Part shown: piece after piece, positions 42,498 to 52,600 of the stretch
Position numbering within the stretch: the stretch's first letter is position 1
How the letters are laid out: each line of letters begins with the position of its first letter
Source: a virus
Taxonomy: Duplodnaviria > Caudoviricetes
Strand: one strand, 5' to 3'
Virus record (IMG/VR): IMGVR_UViG_3300025980_000030
Coordinates: 1 to 56,514 of that record
DNA length: 56,514 bases
The notes under the pieces: generated by a model
Database searches by the model: none
What the model saw: the letters and a program-made list of their open reading frames with translations, nothing else
Told to the model about the DNA's origin: nothing
Program-made: the position numbers and the translations under genes

Positions 42498-45232
42498 CTT
42501 TCCCCGCTACTCCTCTCCCGATGGGCGTCGAGCTCTACATCGATGGCGCTTGGACGGACATCACCCCCTATGTCTACTCGCGCGACTCCATCGACGTCCG
42601 GCGCGGGAAGTCGTCAGAGGGTGGCCTCGCAGACCCGTCGAGCATGACCCTCACGCTCAACAACCGCGACGGTCGCTGGTCACCTCGCAACCCGAGCGGC
42701 GCCTACTACGGCAAGATTGGCCGCAACACGAAGGTGCGCGCGTGGGTCGAGAACGGGATGCCTCGTCAGCCGCTCGGCTCGGGCTACTACTTCTCGACCC
42801 CAGACTCGGCAGCTCTGAGCATCACGGGCGACATCGATATCAGGGCAGACGCATGGATGTTCTCGTGGCGCCCCATCGCTCCGACCTTCATCGGGCCGTT
42901 CAAGACGGGCAGCTATGGCATCTACGTGACGACCGCCGGATACCTCGTCATGTATTGGAGTGCCGACGGGACTAACTACGACACCCTCTCGTCCAGCGAG
43001 CCGGTCCCCGGACCGACGACCGGGCGCCGCGCCGTGCGAGCAACGCTCGACGTGAACAACGGCGCCGGTGGCAAGACGGCGCGGTTCTACTACAGCGACG
43101 ACAACACGATCAGTGGGACGTGGATCGAGTTCGGTTCGGCCGATACTACCGCGGGGACGACGAGCATCTTCAACTCGGCTAATGCGCTGCTCTCTACGTT
43201 CTCTTGGCGTGGCGAGTGCTACGACCTGGAGATCAGGAACGGTATCGGCGGCTCGATCGTCGCCAAGCCCGCCTTCACCACGCGGACCGTCGGGGCGTCG
43301 TCGTTCGCCGACTCATACGGCAACACGTGGACCGGCCAGGGTGGGGCTACGGTCTCGAACCGGCACTACCGCTTCTATGGCGAGGTGGCAGAGTGGCCTC
43401 AGAAGTGGGACCGCAGCGGCCGAGACGTCTACGTTCCCGTTGAGTGTTCGGGCATTCTGCGTCGCCTCGGGCAGGGCAACTCTCCGGTCGCGAGTGCCCT
43501 GTTCCACGGAACGAGGGCGATCGGCTCTGCACTGCGCGCTTACTGGCCCTTCGAGGACTCTGACGGCTCTACCACGATGACGGCTGGCATCGACGGTGGC
43601 CGGGTTGCCGTTGTCCGCGGTACGCCTTCGCTCGCCGCCTACTCGGACTTCGTCTGCTCCGACGCTATCCCCACCGTGGGGACCGGGCGCTTCTACTGCC
43701 CCGTCACGCCGTACACCAACACTGACAAGTTCCAGGTTCGGTTCCTTCTCAAGCTCTCGACGAGCATCGCGAACAATACGGTGATCGCTCGCATCTACAC
43801 CAACAACACCCTCGGGTGGATTGACGTCGTCTACCAGACGACGAGCGGCGGGCAGCTCTACCTGCAGCCCTACACCAACCTCGGTGTGGCGACGACGGCG
43901 AGCGGAGTTCTCAATACGACCCAAGCAACCGGCGTGGGCGGCGGCGTCAACTCCGTACCCCTGCGGCTCGATGTCGAGGCCAGTAAGAACGGCGCGGGGG
44001 TTGACTTCCTGATCGCCGAACTCGAACCGGAGCAGAGCACGGGGTGGACCAACACCGGAAACGTGGCATCGGCCACGCTCGGGGCCTGCACGCAGGTGAT
44101 CATCAATCCGAATGGTGCCAACCTCGGCGACACGGCGATCGGGCACGTGACGGTCGAGGACACCATCACGACCGTTTTCGATCTACAGGACGAGCTCGCC
44201 GCGTACCGTGGCGAAGAGGCGGTGTTGCGGGCCTACCGCATCCTCAACGAAAACTCGGTGACGTCGTGGCTGGCCGGTTACGGCGGCGAGTCCGAGCTCA
44301 TGGGCTATGAGAGACAGGCATCGTTCCTGGCGCTCGTGCGGGAGTGCGAGGCGGCGGATGGCGGCGTTCTCTACGAGCCGCGCCAAGAATACGGGCTCGC
44401 CTACCGGTCTCTCGAATCGCTCTTCGGGCAGGCCGCCGTCGTGCCGCTCGACTACGCGAACCAGAATCTCCAGCAGTTCGAGCCGGTGGACGACGACCGC
44501 AACACTCGCAACAAGGTCACGGTGACGCGGGTCGACGGAAGCTCGGCCACGGTTGAGGACACCACGAGTTCGATGTCGACGCAGGACCCACCGAACGGCG
44601 TCGGCCTCTACGACACCTCGCTGTCACTGTCGCTGTCCGCGGACGATCAGGTAGCGCAGCGCGCCGGATGGGCGGTACATGCCGGAACGATTGACGAGGC
44701 GCGTTGGCCCACGATCTCGATCAACCTCGCACACCCCGACTTCGTGGCCGACGCCGACCTCACGCGCAAGGTGCTCACCGCGGACGTCGGGGATCGGCTC
44801 ACGGTCGGCAACCCGCCGTCGTGGCTACCGCCGGATGACGTCGATCAAATCATCATCGGGACGAACGAAACGATCTCTCAGTTCGAGCACACGATCACGT
44901 TCGTCTGCGAGCCCGCGGCTACGTACCGCTCGGCCACCATCGACGCCACGGTCGCCGAAGACGTCCGGTGGGACGCCGATAGCTCGCTCAACGGCGCGCA
45001 CAACAGCTCGACGACGAGCCTGTCGGTCGCGCTCGACGATGGAATGCTGTGGAGCCACGGCGACGGCGACTTTGACATTGTGGTCGGGGGCGAGCGCATT
45101 ACCGTTACGGCCATCAGCGGAACCTCGTCGCCACAGACCTTCACCGTGACGCGCAGCGTGAACGGCGTCGCCGCGAGCCACTCCGACGGCGATGCCGTGG
45201 TCCTTTTCAAGCCCACCTACTACATCCCCTGA
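42494..45232 (+). CDS. Large minor tail / baseplate hub protein
   Basis: WTDIT.YV, LTLNNRDGRWSP.NP, AYWP.ED, RN.VTV.R motifs. Confidence 0.8.
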   Translation: MTFPATPLPMGVELYIDGAWTDITPYVYSRDSIDVRRGKSSEGGLADPSSMTLTLNNRDGRWSPRNPSGAYYGKIGRNTKVRAWVENGMPRQPLGSGYYFSTPDSAALSITGDIDIRADAWMFSWRPIAPTFIGPFKTGSYGIYVTTAGYLVMYWSADGTNYDTLSSSEPVPGPTTGRRAVRATLDVNNGAGGKTARFYYSDDNTISGTWIEFGSADTTAGTTSIFNSANALLSTFSWRGECYDLEIRNGIGGSIVAKPAFTTRTVGASSFADSYGNTWTGQGGATVSNRHYRFYGEVAEWPQKWDRSGRDVYVPVECSGILRRLGQGNSPVASALFHGTRAIGSALRAYWPFEDSDGSTTMTAGIDGGRVAVVRGTPSLAAYSDFVCSDAIPTVGTGRFYCPVTPYTNTDKFQVRFLLKLSTSIANNTVIARIYTNNTLGWIDVVYQTTSGGQLYLQPYTNLGVATTASGVLNTTQATGVGGGVNSVPLRLDVEASKNGAGVDFLIAELEPEQSTGWTNTGNVASATLGACTQVIINPNGANLGDTAIGHVTVEDTITTVFDLQDELAAYRGEEAVLRAYRILNENSVTSWLAGYGGESELMGYERQASFLALVRECEAADGGVLYEPRQEYGLAYRSLESLFGQAAVVPLDYANQNLQQFEPVDDDRNTRNKVTVTRVDGSSATVEDTTSSMSTQDPPNGVGLYDTSLSLSLSADDQVAQRAGWAVHAGTIDEARWPTISINLAHPDFVADADLTRKVLTADVGDRLTVGNPPSWLPPDDVDQIIIGTNETISQFEHTITFVCEPAATYRSATIDATVAEDVRWDADSSLNGAHNSSTTSLSVALDDGMLWSHGDGDFDIVVGGERITVTAISGTSSPQTFTVTRSVNGVAASHSDGDAVVLFKPTYYIP

Positions 45233-45241
45233 GAGGCAGAG

Positions 45242-45724
45242 ATGACCATTCTTGCCGGTGCCAAGCTAAAGGCCGCCGACCTCACCCTGCCCGACGAGGT
45301 TGCCGGGTACTCGGGTGGCACGAACACCGTCACGGCGACCACGTTCACGGACCTGCCGACGAATGCCTGCGCCGTCTCGATCACCAACCCGCACGCCACC
45401 GCCGACATGCTCGTCGCGGTGCACTGCGGGCACTGGATCAACCTTCCGGCATCCCCGGCGTTCACCCGGGCCTGCCCGAGGGTGTCCGGCTCGATCACCA
45501 TCGCGGCAGGGGTGACGTCGGTGGGCGGCGGGCACGCCGGATGGGGCATGATTTGTGGGACGAACGTGCAGGGGAACGTGCAGCACTCGGGATACGCGAC
45601 CTACACCCTGCCCGCCGGAACGGCCACGTTCACGATGCAGGCGTACAAGGACAGCGCGGCTGCGGGCACGCATCAGGTGAATTATTCCGTGATCCAAGTC
45701 ACGCCGTTGAGGTACCTGTTCTAA
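45242..45724 (+). CDS. Minor tail protein
   Basis: AG.KL.AADL N-terminus; beta-rich. Confidence 0.65.
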   Translation: MTILAGAKLKAADLTLPDEVAGYSGGTNTVTATTFTDLPTNACAVSITNPHATADMLVAVHCGHWINLPASPAFTRACPRVSGSITIAAGVTSVGGGHAGWGMICGTNVQGNVQHSGYATYTLPAGTATFTMQAYKDSAAAGTHQVNYSVIQVTPLRYLF

Positions 45725-46000
45725 TGGGCGCAGAACTGGCCCCGCCGGTGCCAGACGAGCCGCCCGCCGACGAGCCGTGTCCAGTGAAGGGCTGCCCGAA
45801 GCCGCAGGCGTACCCGGGCGCCGGGGGCTGCGTGAGGCACCTGCGGCGGGCGCCGTGAGCGAGCCCGACTTCGATCCCGTTGCATTACTCTCTGTAGCGA
45901 CTCACCCCCCCCCATCTAGCCGCTTGCGCAAGGCAACGATCATCAGCACGGTAGGGAGCAACACCCTCATCCGGGGCCAGGGCGAGAGGATCAAGGCTAG

Positions 46001-46438
46001 ATGACACCCGAAGCGTGGCAGGCGATCTCGGCCATCGTCGGCACCATCGGCGCCGTAACGAGCGCCGTCGCCGTCGCGCTGATCACGGGCCAGCGGGGGC
46101 AGGTCAAGCGCAGCGCGGACGCGGCTGAGGCCGCCCGCGACGAGGCCACGGCCGCCAAGGACAACACCGCGCCGATCTCGAACGGCTTCGCCCGCAGGAC
46201 GACCGAGGTCCTCGCTAGCCTCGACCGCCGCAGTAAGGCGCACGAGGCCCGGCTGGCGTGGCTTACGGACGCGCTCGGGCAGCACCTCACGATGCACGGG
46301 GCGGCCGAGATCCTGCGCTCGAACGGCCGCGCCCCGATGCCCTCGCACTGGTGGCCGCAGGCCGACGACGCGAACGAGGCGGCCCTGTTCGGCTTCGGCG
46401 ACCTCACCCCGCCGGACGAAGGGCCGTCCTCTCCCTGA
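46001..46438 (+). CDS. Membrane-anchored protein at the start of the lysis cassette
   Basis: N-terminal TM, coiled region with NG motif; RBS GAGAGG. Confidence 0.65.
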   Translation: MTPEAWQAISAIVGTIGAVTSAVAVALITGQRGQVKRSADAAEAARDEATAAKDNTAPISNGFARRTTEVLASLDRRSKAHEARLAWLTDALGQHLTMHGAAEILRSNGRAPMPSHWWPQADDANEAALFGFGDLTPPDEGPSSP

Positions 46439-46516
46439 TCCGGTGACCTGCGGGAGCGACCCGGAAGTGCGACACTCCGGTCAGTATCGTGATCCGTGGG
46501 CTACCGAGGATGAGGC

Positions 46517-47458
46517 ATGACGCGAGCGACCACGTTCCCCCCGGCCAACCGCACTGCGCAGTGGTACGCCTCGAAGTACCCGGGGGCAGCCTTCGATGTG
46601 GTCGAAAAGCTCTTACTGCACACGACCGAGGGCTCGGGCTGGCCCGCCTACTCGGGTGGCGCCATCGCGCCGAACCTGACCGCCCTTCCGGACGTCGCGA
46701 ACCGGCGGCTCATCTGGCGGCATCACTTCCCGATCAACATGTCGAGCCGCGCGCTCGCGCACACCCGGACGCAACCCACCAACGGCGACCACGTGGTGCA
46801 GGTCGAACTCATCGGCACCTGCGTGCCGGGAGGCCCCGGGCTCTACTGGCCCGGCGTTCCCGATTGGGCACTCGAAGGGGTCGCCGAGCTCGCGGGATGG
46901 CTCAACGTCGAGTGGGGCTTGCCCTTGCAGTCCTCGGTCGCCTGGCGGGCGTACAACGCCTCGGGCGACGGCCAGCGGCTCAGCGACAGTGCCTACAACT
47001 CCTACCGGGGCATCCTCGGCCACGAGCACGCGCCGCAGAACAACCACCGGGACCCGGGGGCGCTCAACGTTGCCCGGATCGTCCAACTAGCGAGGGGAAA
47101 CGCAGTGGCACGCACACTGACCGACGACGACATTGCCGCTCTCGCGGCGAGCCCGGTGTTCCGGGGCGCCGTGACCAACGCCGTATGGCGGGCCGGGTGG
47201 GGCGGCGGCCGTCAGGACGGAACGACCGAGTACGCCGACTGGCGGCTGTGGGCCGCTTCGCACCCCGAGGCGGCGGCCGGGGTGAACGCCGCCGCCGTGG
47301 GCGCCATCACCGAGGGACCGCTCGTCGAGGCCGTGGCCGAGGCCGTCGTCGCCAAGCTCGGCGGTGGACAACTCAACGTGACGCTCAGCCTCGCGCCGCA
47401 GGCAATCAAGGACGCCGTGCGAGAGGTGCTCATGGAGGGGACCGGCGGCACCCCATGA
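46517..47458 (+). CDS. Endolysin, N-acetylmuramoyl-L-alanine amidase type
   Basis: LLLHTTEG, SRAL, QVELIG, GILGHEHAP.N.H.DPG. Confidence 0.85.
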   Translation: MTRATTFPPANRTAQWYASKYPGAAFDVVEKLLLHTTEGSGWPAYSGGAIAPNLTALPDVANRRLIWRHHFPINMSSRALAHTRTQPTNGDHVVQVELIGTCVPGGPGLYWPGVPDWALEGVAELAGWLNVEWGLPLQSSVAWRAYNASGDGQRLSDSAYNSYRGILGHEHAPQNNHRDPGALNVARIVQLARGNAVARTLTDDDIAALAASPVFRGAVTNAVWRAGWGGGRQDGTTEYADWRLWAASHPEAAAGVNAAAVGAITEGPLVEAVAEAVVAKLGGGQLNVTLSLAPQAIKDAVREVLMEGTGGTP

Positions 47459-48417
47459 GTGCCTACGGCCTCATGCGCAAGAGGCCCGACGAGCGCGACT
47501 ACCGGTTCGCCCCGCCGAACCGGTGGGACGGCTCGACCGAGGTCGACCTCGCCGGGCTCTTCCCTGAGCGTCCCTACGATCAGGGGCAGCTCGGCTCGTG
47601 CGTCTCGCAGGGCACCGCGGGCTGCGCGGACTTCGCCCGCGTCCGGATGGGGCTCGCCCCGATGGACCGGCCCTCGCGGCTGTTCTTGTACTACGAGGGC
47701 CGTCGGCTGGCGGGGTACCCGCTCGGGCAGGACACCGGGCTACAGATCCGGGACGGCTTCAACGCGCTGGCGAAGTCCGGCGCGGCGCACGAGCCCCTGT
47801 GGCCGTACGAGATCGAGCGGTTCGCCGACCGGCCTGACGGCACCGTCTACGCCGACGGGCTGCTTAACCAAGCGCTCGCCTATGGCTCGGTCGAGCCGGG
47901 GCAGATCGACGACGCCATCGCCTCGGGCTACCCGGTCTGTTTCGGCTTCGACGTCTACGAGTCGTTCGAGACGCAGGACGTCGCCTCGAACGGCGTCATG
48001 CCGGTGCCGGTCAAGGCCCGCGAGCAGGTGGTCGGCGGGCACTGCATGGTGTTCACCTCGACCCCCGTCCCCGGGACCGAGATCAGGGGCGGCGACCCAC
48101 GGCGCCGGTACCGCAAGGCCCGCAACTCCTGGGGGCCGTCGTGGGGCATCCCGGACGACCCGGGGCATGTGTGGTTCCCAACCGACGAAGTGGACAACGG
48201 CGACTCTTCCGACTTCTGGATCGTCACCACGATGGAGGACCCGGGGGTTCCCGAGCCGCCCGGACCGGCACCGGACTACGCCGCGCTCGTGGCTGCCGTC
48301 GAGGCCACGATCGGCGACGCCGCCGTGATGCGGTGGCTCGGTGCCTGGCACTGCTGCGCCACACGGCGGGCCGCCGCCCGGCTCGAGTCGATCATCGATG
48401 CCCTACCGGAGGAGTGA
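47455..48417 (+). CDS. Papain-like (C1) cysteine peptidase
   Basis: PDERDY, DQGQLGSC, SRLFLYY, GGHCM, RNSWG..WG. Confidence 0.9.
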   Translation: MSAYGLMRKRPDERDYRFAPPNRWDGSTEVDLAGLFPERPYDQGQLGSCVSQGTAGCADFARVRMGLAPMDRPSRLFLYYEGRRLAGYPLGQDTGLQIRDGFNALAKSGAAHEPLWPYEIERFADRPDGTVYADGLLNQALAYGSVEPGQIDDAIASGYPVCFGFDVYESFETQDVASNGVMPVPVKAREQVVGGHCMVFTSTPVPGTEIRGGDPRRRYRKARNSWGPSWGIPDDPGHVWFPTDEVDNGDSSDFWIVTTMEDPGVPEPPGPAPDYAALVAAVEATIGDAAVMRWLGAWHCCATRRAAARLESIIDALPEE

Positions 48418-48419
48418 TC

Positions 48420-48821
48420 ATGAACACTGCCCTCGCCGACGCGCTCGGCAAGGCCACCCGCAACGCTGTACAGGTGCTCGTGCCCCTACTGGCCCTCGTA
48501 TCTGCGGGCACCATCACGGGCGCCGACGCGCTCGCGGTCTCGGTCGCCGCGGTCCTCGCATTCGTCGCCTCACTCGGCAAGAGCGCGCTCGACTGGCGCG
48601 CCGGGCCCGACGCCGGGCTGCTGCTGCGCATACTCGACCGGGTGGGCCCGGCCGCCGTCGGCGCCGTGCTGGCACTGTGGCCGACCAACTTCGCCGGGGC
48701 GCTCGCGGCCGATTGGCGGGCGATCGGCCTCGCGGCGGCCGGTGCCGCCGGTACCGCGCTGGTTATGTGGCTGCTCGAAGTCCTGCCCGCAGAGTCCGTC
48801 GGCCTGCGCCGGGCCGCCTGA
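48420..48821 (+). CDS. Probable holin
   Basis: About 4 TM helices, KA.R.A.Q pattern, end of the lysis cassette. Confidence 0.65.
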   Translation: MNTALADALGKATRNAVQVLVPLLALVSAGTITGADALAVSVAAVLAFVASLGKSALDWRAGPDAGLLLRILDRVGPAAVGAVLALWPTNFAGALAADWRAIGLAAAGAAGTALVMWLLEVLPAESVGLRRAA

Positions 48822-48920
48822 CCGCGCACGGCACGGTTGCGTCAGGGGATGTGCGGTGCGGGATGATGCTCACGAGGTGATTCCTTCCAGGGGAGTGCCT
48901 GTCTCAGGACGGCCCGGCGT

Positions 48921-49124
48921 TCACGCGCCGGGCCGTCCGCCGTCCGGGATGGGGATGCCACGCTCACGGCACCAGGCGTGGGCGGTCTCGACCGGGAATC
49001 GAGTCTCCCGGCCGACCTTGTAGGAGTCGGGGGCGGTGCCCGAGCGCACCCATCCCCGGACGGTTTGCGGCGACACGTCGAGTAGCTGCGCGAGCTCGGC
49101 CGCTGTGTAGTAGTTCCGCGTCAT
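48921..49124 (-). CDS. Excisionase/MerR-like HTH protein, probably leaderless
   Basis: YYTAAELAQLLDVSPQTVRGW...G..P...KVGRETRF. Confidence 0.8.
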   Translation of the reverse strand: MTRNYYTAAELAQLLDVSPQTVRGWVRSGTAPDSYKVGRETRFPVETAHAWCRERGIPIPDGGRPGA

Positions 49125-49130
49125 ACACGC

Positions 49131-49159
49131 ATTGTAACAGTCGCGCGCCACGCGATCAA
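49131..49159 (-). promoter_or_regulatory. Sigma70-type promoter for the HTH gene
   Basis: TTGATC-17-TACAAT with TGn extended -10; ATG 6 nt downstream. Confidence 0.7.
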
Positions 49160-49284
49160 TGCGAAACCCCCTTGTGACCTGCACCTATTCACACCTAGTA
49201 GCCCCTGATAGCAACTACTGGGAGTTGCATCGCTCCCCGCCTTTCGATAAGGTGAGAGCACCAGAAAGAGTTGAGGGAGTGATC

Positions 49285-49470
49285 ATGGGCACCGTGACCA
49301 AGGACCCGGCCGCCGTCCGGCGCGGCCAGCGCTCAGGCGAGGCACGCCGGGAAGCGGCTGAGCTGCGGCAGGCCAACGAGGCGGCACGCCGGCTGATCGA
49401 GGGCGGCCTCGGCCGCCTGACGGTCGAGAACGACCGGGCGCTGCGCGAGGCGCTCGCACGGGCGTCCTGA
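49285..49470 (+). CDS. Small basic helical protein
   Basis: RBS GAGGGAG; divergent from the HTH gene. Confidence 0.5.
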   Translation: MGTVTKDPAAVRRGQRSGEARREAAELRQANEAARRLIEGGLGRLTVENDRALREALARAS

Positions 49471-49624
49471 CCCCAGACATGGATCGGCCCCCGCCGACTG
49501 TGGAGGACGACGGGGGCCGGACGATCCGCTCATCCCGGGACCGACCAAGAACCGGAGAGAGGCAAGACCCATCATGTCACACCTCCCGCGCGGGAGGCGT
49601 GCCGGGGGGGGGCTCTGTCGTGCG

Positions 49625-52600
49625 TCAGCAGGACGCCGGGCCAAGCAGTGCACGCACCCGGGCGAACAGGTCCGGTGACGGGGCGCAGGCGGCCAGCCGT
49701 GCCAAGGCGCGCGACGAGGCACCGGTACGGACGGCGAGCAGCACCGGCGCCTCGCCCGGGTGGTCGGCGAGGATCTCGGCCAGCCGGGCGGCCACCGGGG
49801 GGGTGCAGCGCGAGCTCTCGACGAACAGCCGGATGGCGCCGCCGGGCTCGCCGAGGTCGATCGGCGTCACGTCCGAGGCGAACAACACTGGGGTTTCGTC
49901 GCGCCGATTGATCCGGCCCCGGACGGCTACCGCCCGATCCTTGCCGAGCAGGTCCGCGACGAGCTCGTAGGTCGAGGGAAAGAACAACACCTCAATACCG
50001 CCCGTGGTGTCCTCGACCGTGGCCGTGGCCCACGGTTTGCCTTTCTTGGTGACCTTGCGCTCAAGCACCGAGATGATCCCCGCGAGGGTGATCTCGGCGC
50101 CGTCCGCCCGGCCGTCGGGTCCGTGGATCGAGGCGACCGTGCAGTCGGCCAGCCGCGCGAGCGTCCCCTCGCACCCCGACAGCGGGTGGTCGGACACGTA
50201 GAGCCCGAGCATCTCACGCTCGAACGTGAGCAGCTCGTGCTTGCCCCACTCGCCATCGGGCACGACCGCCTCGCGGTCGCTGGCGGCGTCCTGACCGCCG
50301 TCGTGAGCCTCGAAGAGCGAGACCTGCCCGGACGCCCGCCGGGCCGCCGCACCGGCCGACAGCGCGAGCGCCTCGTCGGCGGCCTCGGCCAGCCCGCGGC
50401 GGGTGTGGCCGAGCGAGTCGAACGCCCCGCCCTTGATCAGCGAGTCGACGACCTTCCGGTTCCGGACGGCGCCGGGCACCCGGCGCAGGAAGTCGCCGAA
50501 CGAGGCGAACCGGCCGCCGCCCTCGCGGGTCGCGACGATGGCCGAGACCGCAGCCTCGCCGACGTTGCGGACGGATGACAGCCCGAACCTGATCTCGTCA
50601 CCGGATGGCGTGAACTCGGGATCGGAGAGGTTGACATCGGGCGGCAACACCTTGATGCCCATCCGGCGGCACTCGCTCAGGTAGACCGCGGCCTTGTCCT
50701 TCTCGCCGCTCACGCTCGTGAGCACCGACGCCATGTACTCGACCGGGTAGTTCGCCTTGAGGTACGCCGTCCAGTAGGACACGAGGCCGTAACCGGCGGT
50801 GTGCGAGTTGTGCGTAAGAATACCGCCGTTCGCAGACCATGAATGATGCCTGCTGTCAACCTCTACGTCGTAGGTCTCGACAAACCCGCGCGATTCGACC
50901 GAGACAATGGGCACTGCTTCGATCAGGCGGGGGCGCGTCCATCGCGGGTGACGAGAGCCCCTCGCGTAATCATGGCGCTTGTGGCAGGAGTTGCACAGCC
51001 AAGCAAGATTACCGGCGTCGGGATTTACGGCATTCTGATCGAGGTGTGCCACCTCGTATCCATGCCCCCCGGGTGTCCCGCAGTGATCGCACGCGGTGCC
51101 GAGCCGGGCCCGCCGGAACTTAGACACGGCGGCGCAGTGACCGCCGAGGCTCGGCCGGTTGCGGCCGTCTATGGCCGGAGCTCGCCAGGTAGATGGCCGT
51201 CCGGCCCATCCCTGGTCAGACATGACAACTCGTGGAGTGACGCCTGATCCGTTTTCCTGCGCTCGATGCGTCATCAAGGTATCGCCTGCGGCGAGCTCAG
51301 CAACGGTGCGCCAGCCCGCCGGGGTGAGGTGGCGGTGGTCAGCCGTTGCGTCGATGTGCCTACCATCGGCGAGAAGAACCCGGAACACCTCTCTCGGCCC
51401 GTTCCGGTGAATGTCTCTAATCTGCACCGGAGCGACTCGCCCATCAACAATGCCAGCCGTCCAGAGGCCGCGCATCCCCACTTTGCTACGCCACGATGCA
51501 CAAGGCGAGCACATTCTCATGGTTTTCATGGCGTTGCCTCTGTCGCGACAATACGAACACTCTCCCGGCGCCGCGTTGTCGCGCCCGTGTAGACGTTCAT
51601 ACATCTGCTCGATAGTTCCGGTGAAGCCGGATGCCTTGCCGTTCTTCGTCTGCCGGACCGAGAGGCCGTCAACGACAGTGTCGCCAGCCGTACATTTATT
51701 GAAGGCGTAGTCGGAGAAGGGAACGAGGATCTCCCACAGCGTGTTGACCGCGTCGTCGCTGTAGCCGTTCGCGCGCATGCCGTCGCGGAACGGGCCGAAC
51801 TCGTGGTCGAGGATCTCCCGCTTTTTCTTGCCCATCGCCTTACGCAGCAGGTCGGCGCGGCTCAGGCTGTACCCGGCCACCCGCTGAGCAATCGCCATCA
51901 CCTGCTCTTGGTAGACGATCAGGCCGTAGGTGGTGCTCAGGATGTCGTCGAGCGGCTTGGCGAGCTCGGGGTGAATCGCCTCGATCGGCTGCAACCCGTT
52001 CTTGCGCAAGGCGTAGTTGGTGTGCGAGCCCGCGCTCATCGGACCCGGACGGTACAGCGCGAGCACGGCCGAGATGTCCTCGAAGTGGTCGGGCCGCATC
52101 GTCCGCAGCAGGCCACGCATCGGGCCGCCGTCGAGCTGAAAGACGCCGAGGGTGTCGCCCCGGGCGAGCAGCTCGTAGGTTGCCGGGTCGTCGAGGTCGT
52201 GCGAGATCGTGTCGAGGTCGACCGGCGCCCTGCCGTTGCGGACGATGGTGCGCAGCGCGTTGTCGATGATCGTCAGGTTGCGCAGCCCGAGGAAGTCCAT
52301 CTTGAGTAGCCCGAGGGTTTCGCACGCCGGGTAGTCGAACTGCGTGATCGTGGCGCCGTCCACGTCACGCCGCATGATCGGGATGTGGTCGATGAGCGGC
52401 TCGCGCGACATGATCACGCCCGCGGCGTGCACGCCCCACTGCCGCTTGAGCCCTTCAAGCCCGCGGGCGAGGTCGACAACCTCGCGCGCCTCGTCGTCGG
52501 TCTCGTAGATTTCGCGGAACTTCTCGGCCTCGCCGTACCGCTCGTGCCGCGGGTCGAACGCGCCCGAAAGCGGGATGTCCTTGCCCATCACCGGTGCGGG

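Noticed and set aside
42494-45724. Diversity-generating retroelement acting on tail genes
   Set aside because: No reverse transcriptase and no adenine-specific TR/VR repeat pair noticed
49164-49176. ACCCCCTTG as another copy of the promoter element
   Set aside because: Half-site only, with no matching arm and no convincing -10 box at the right distance
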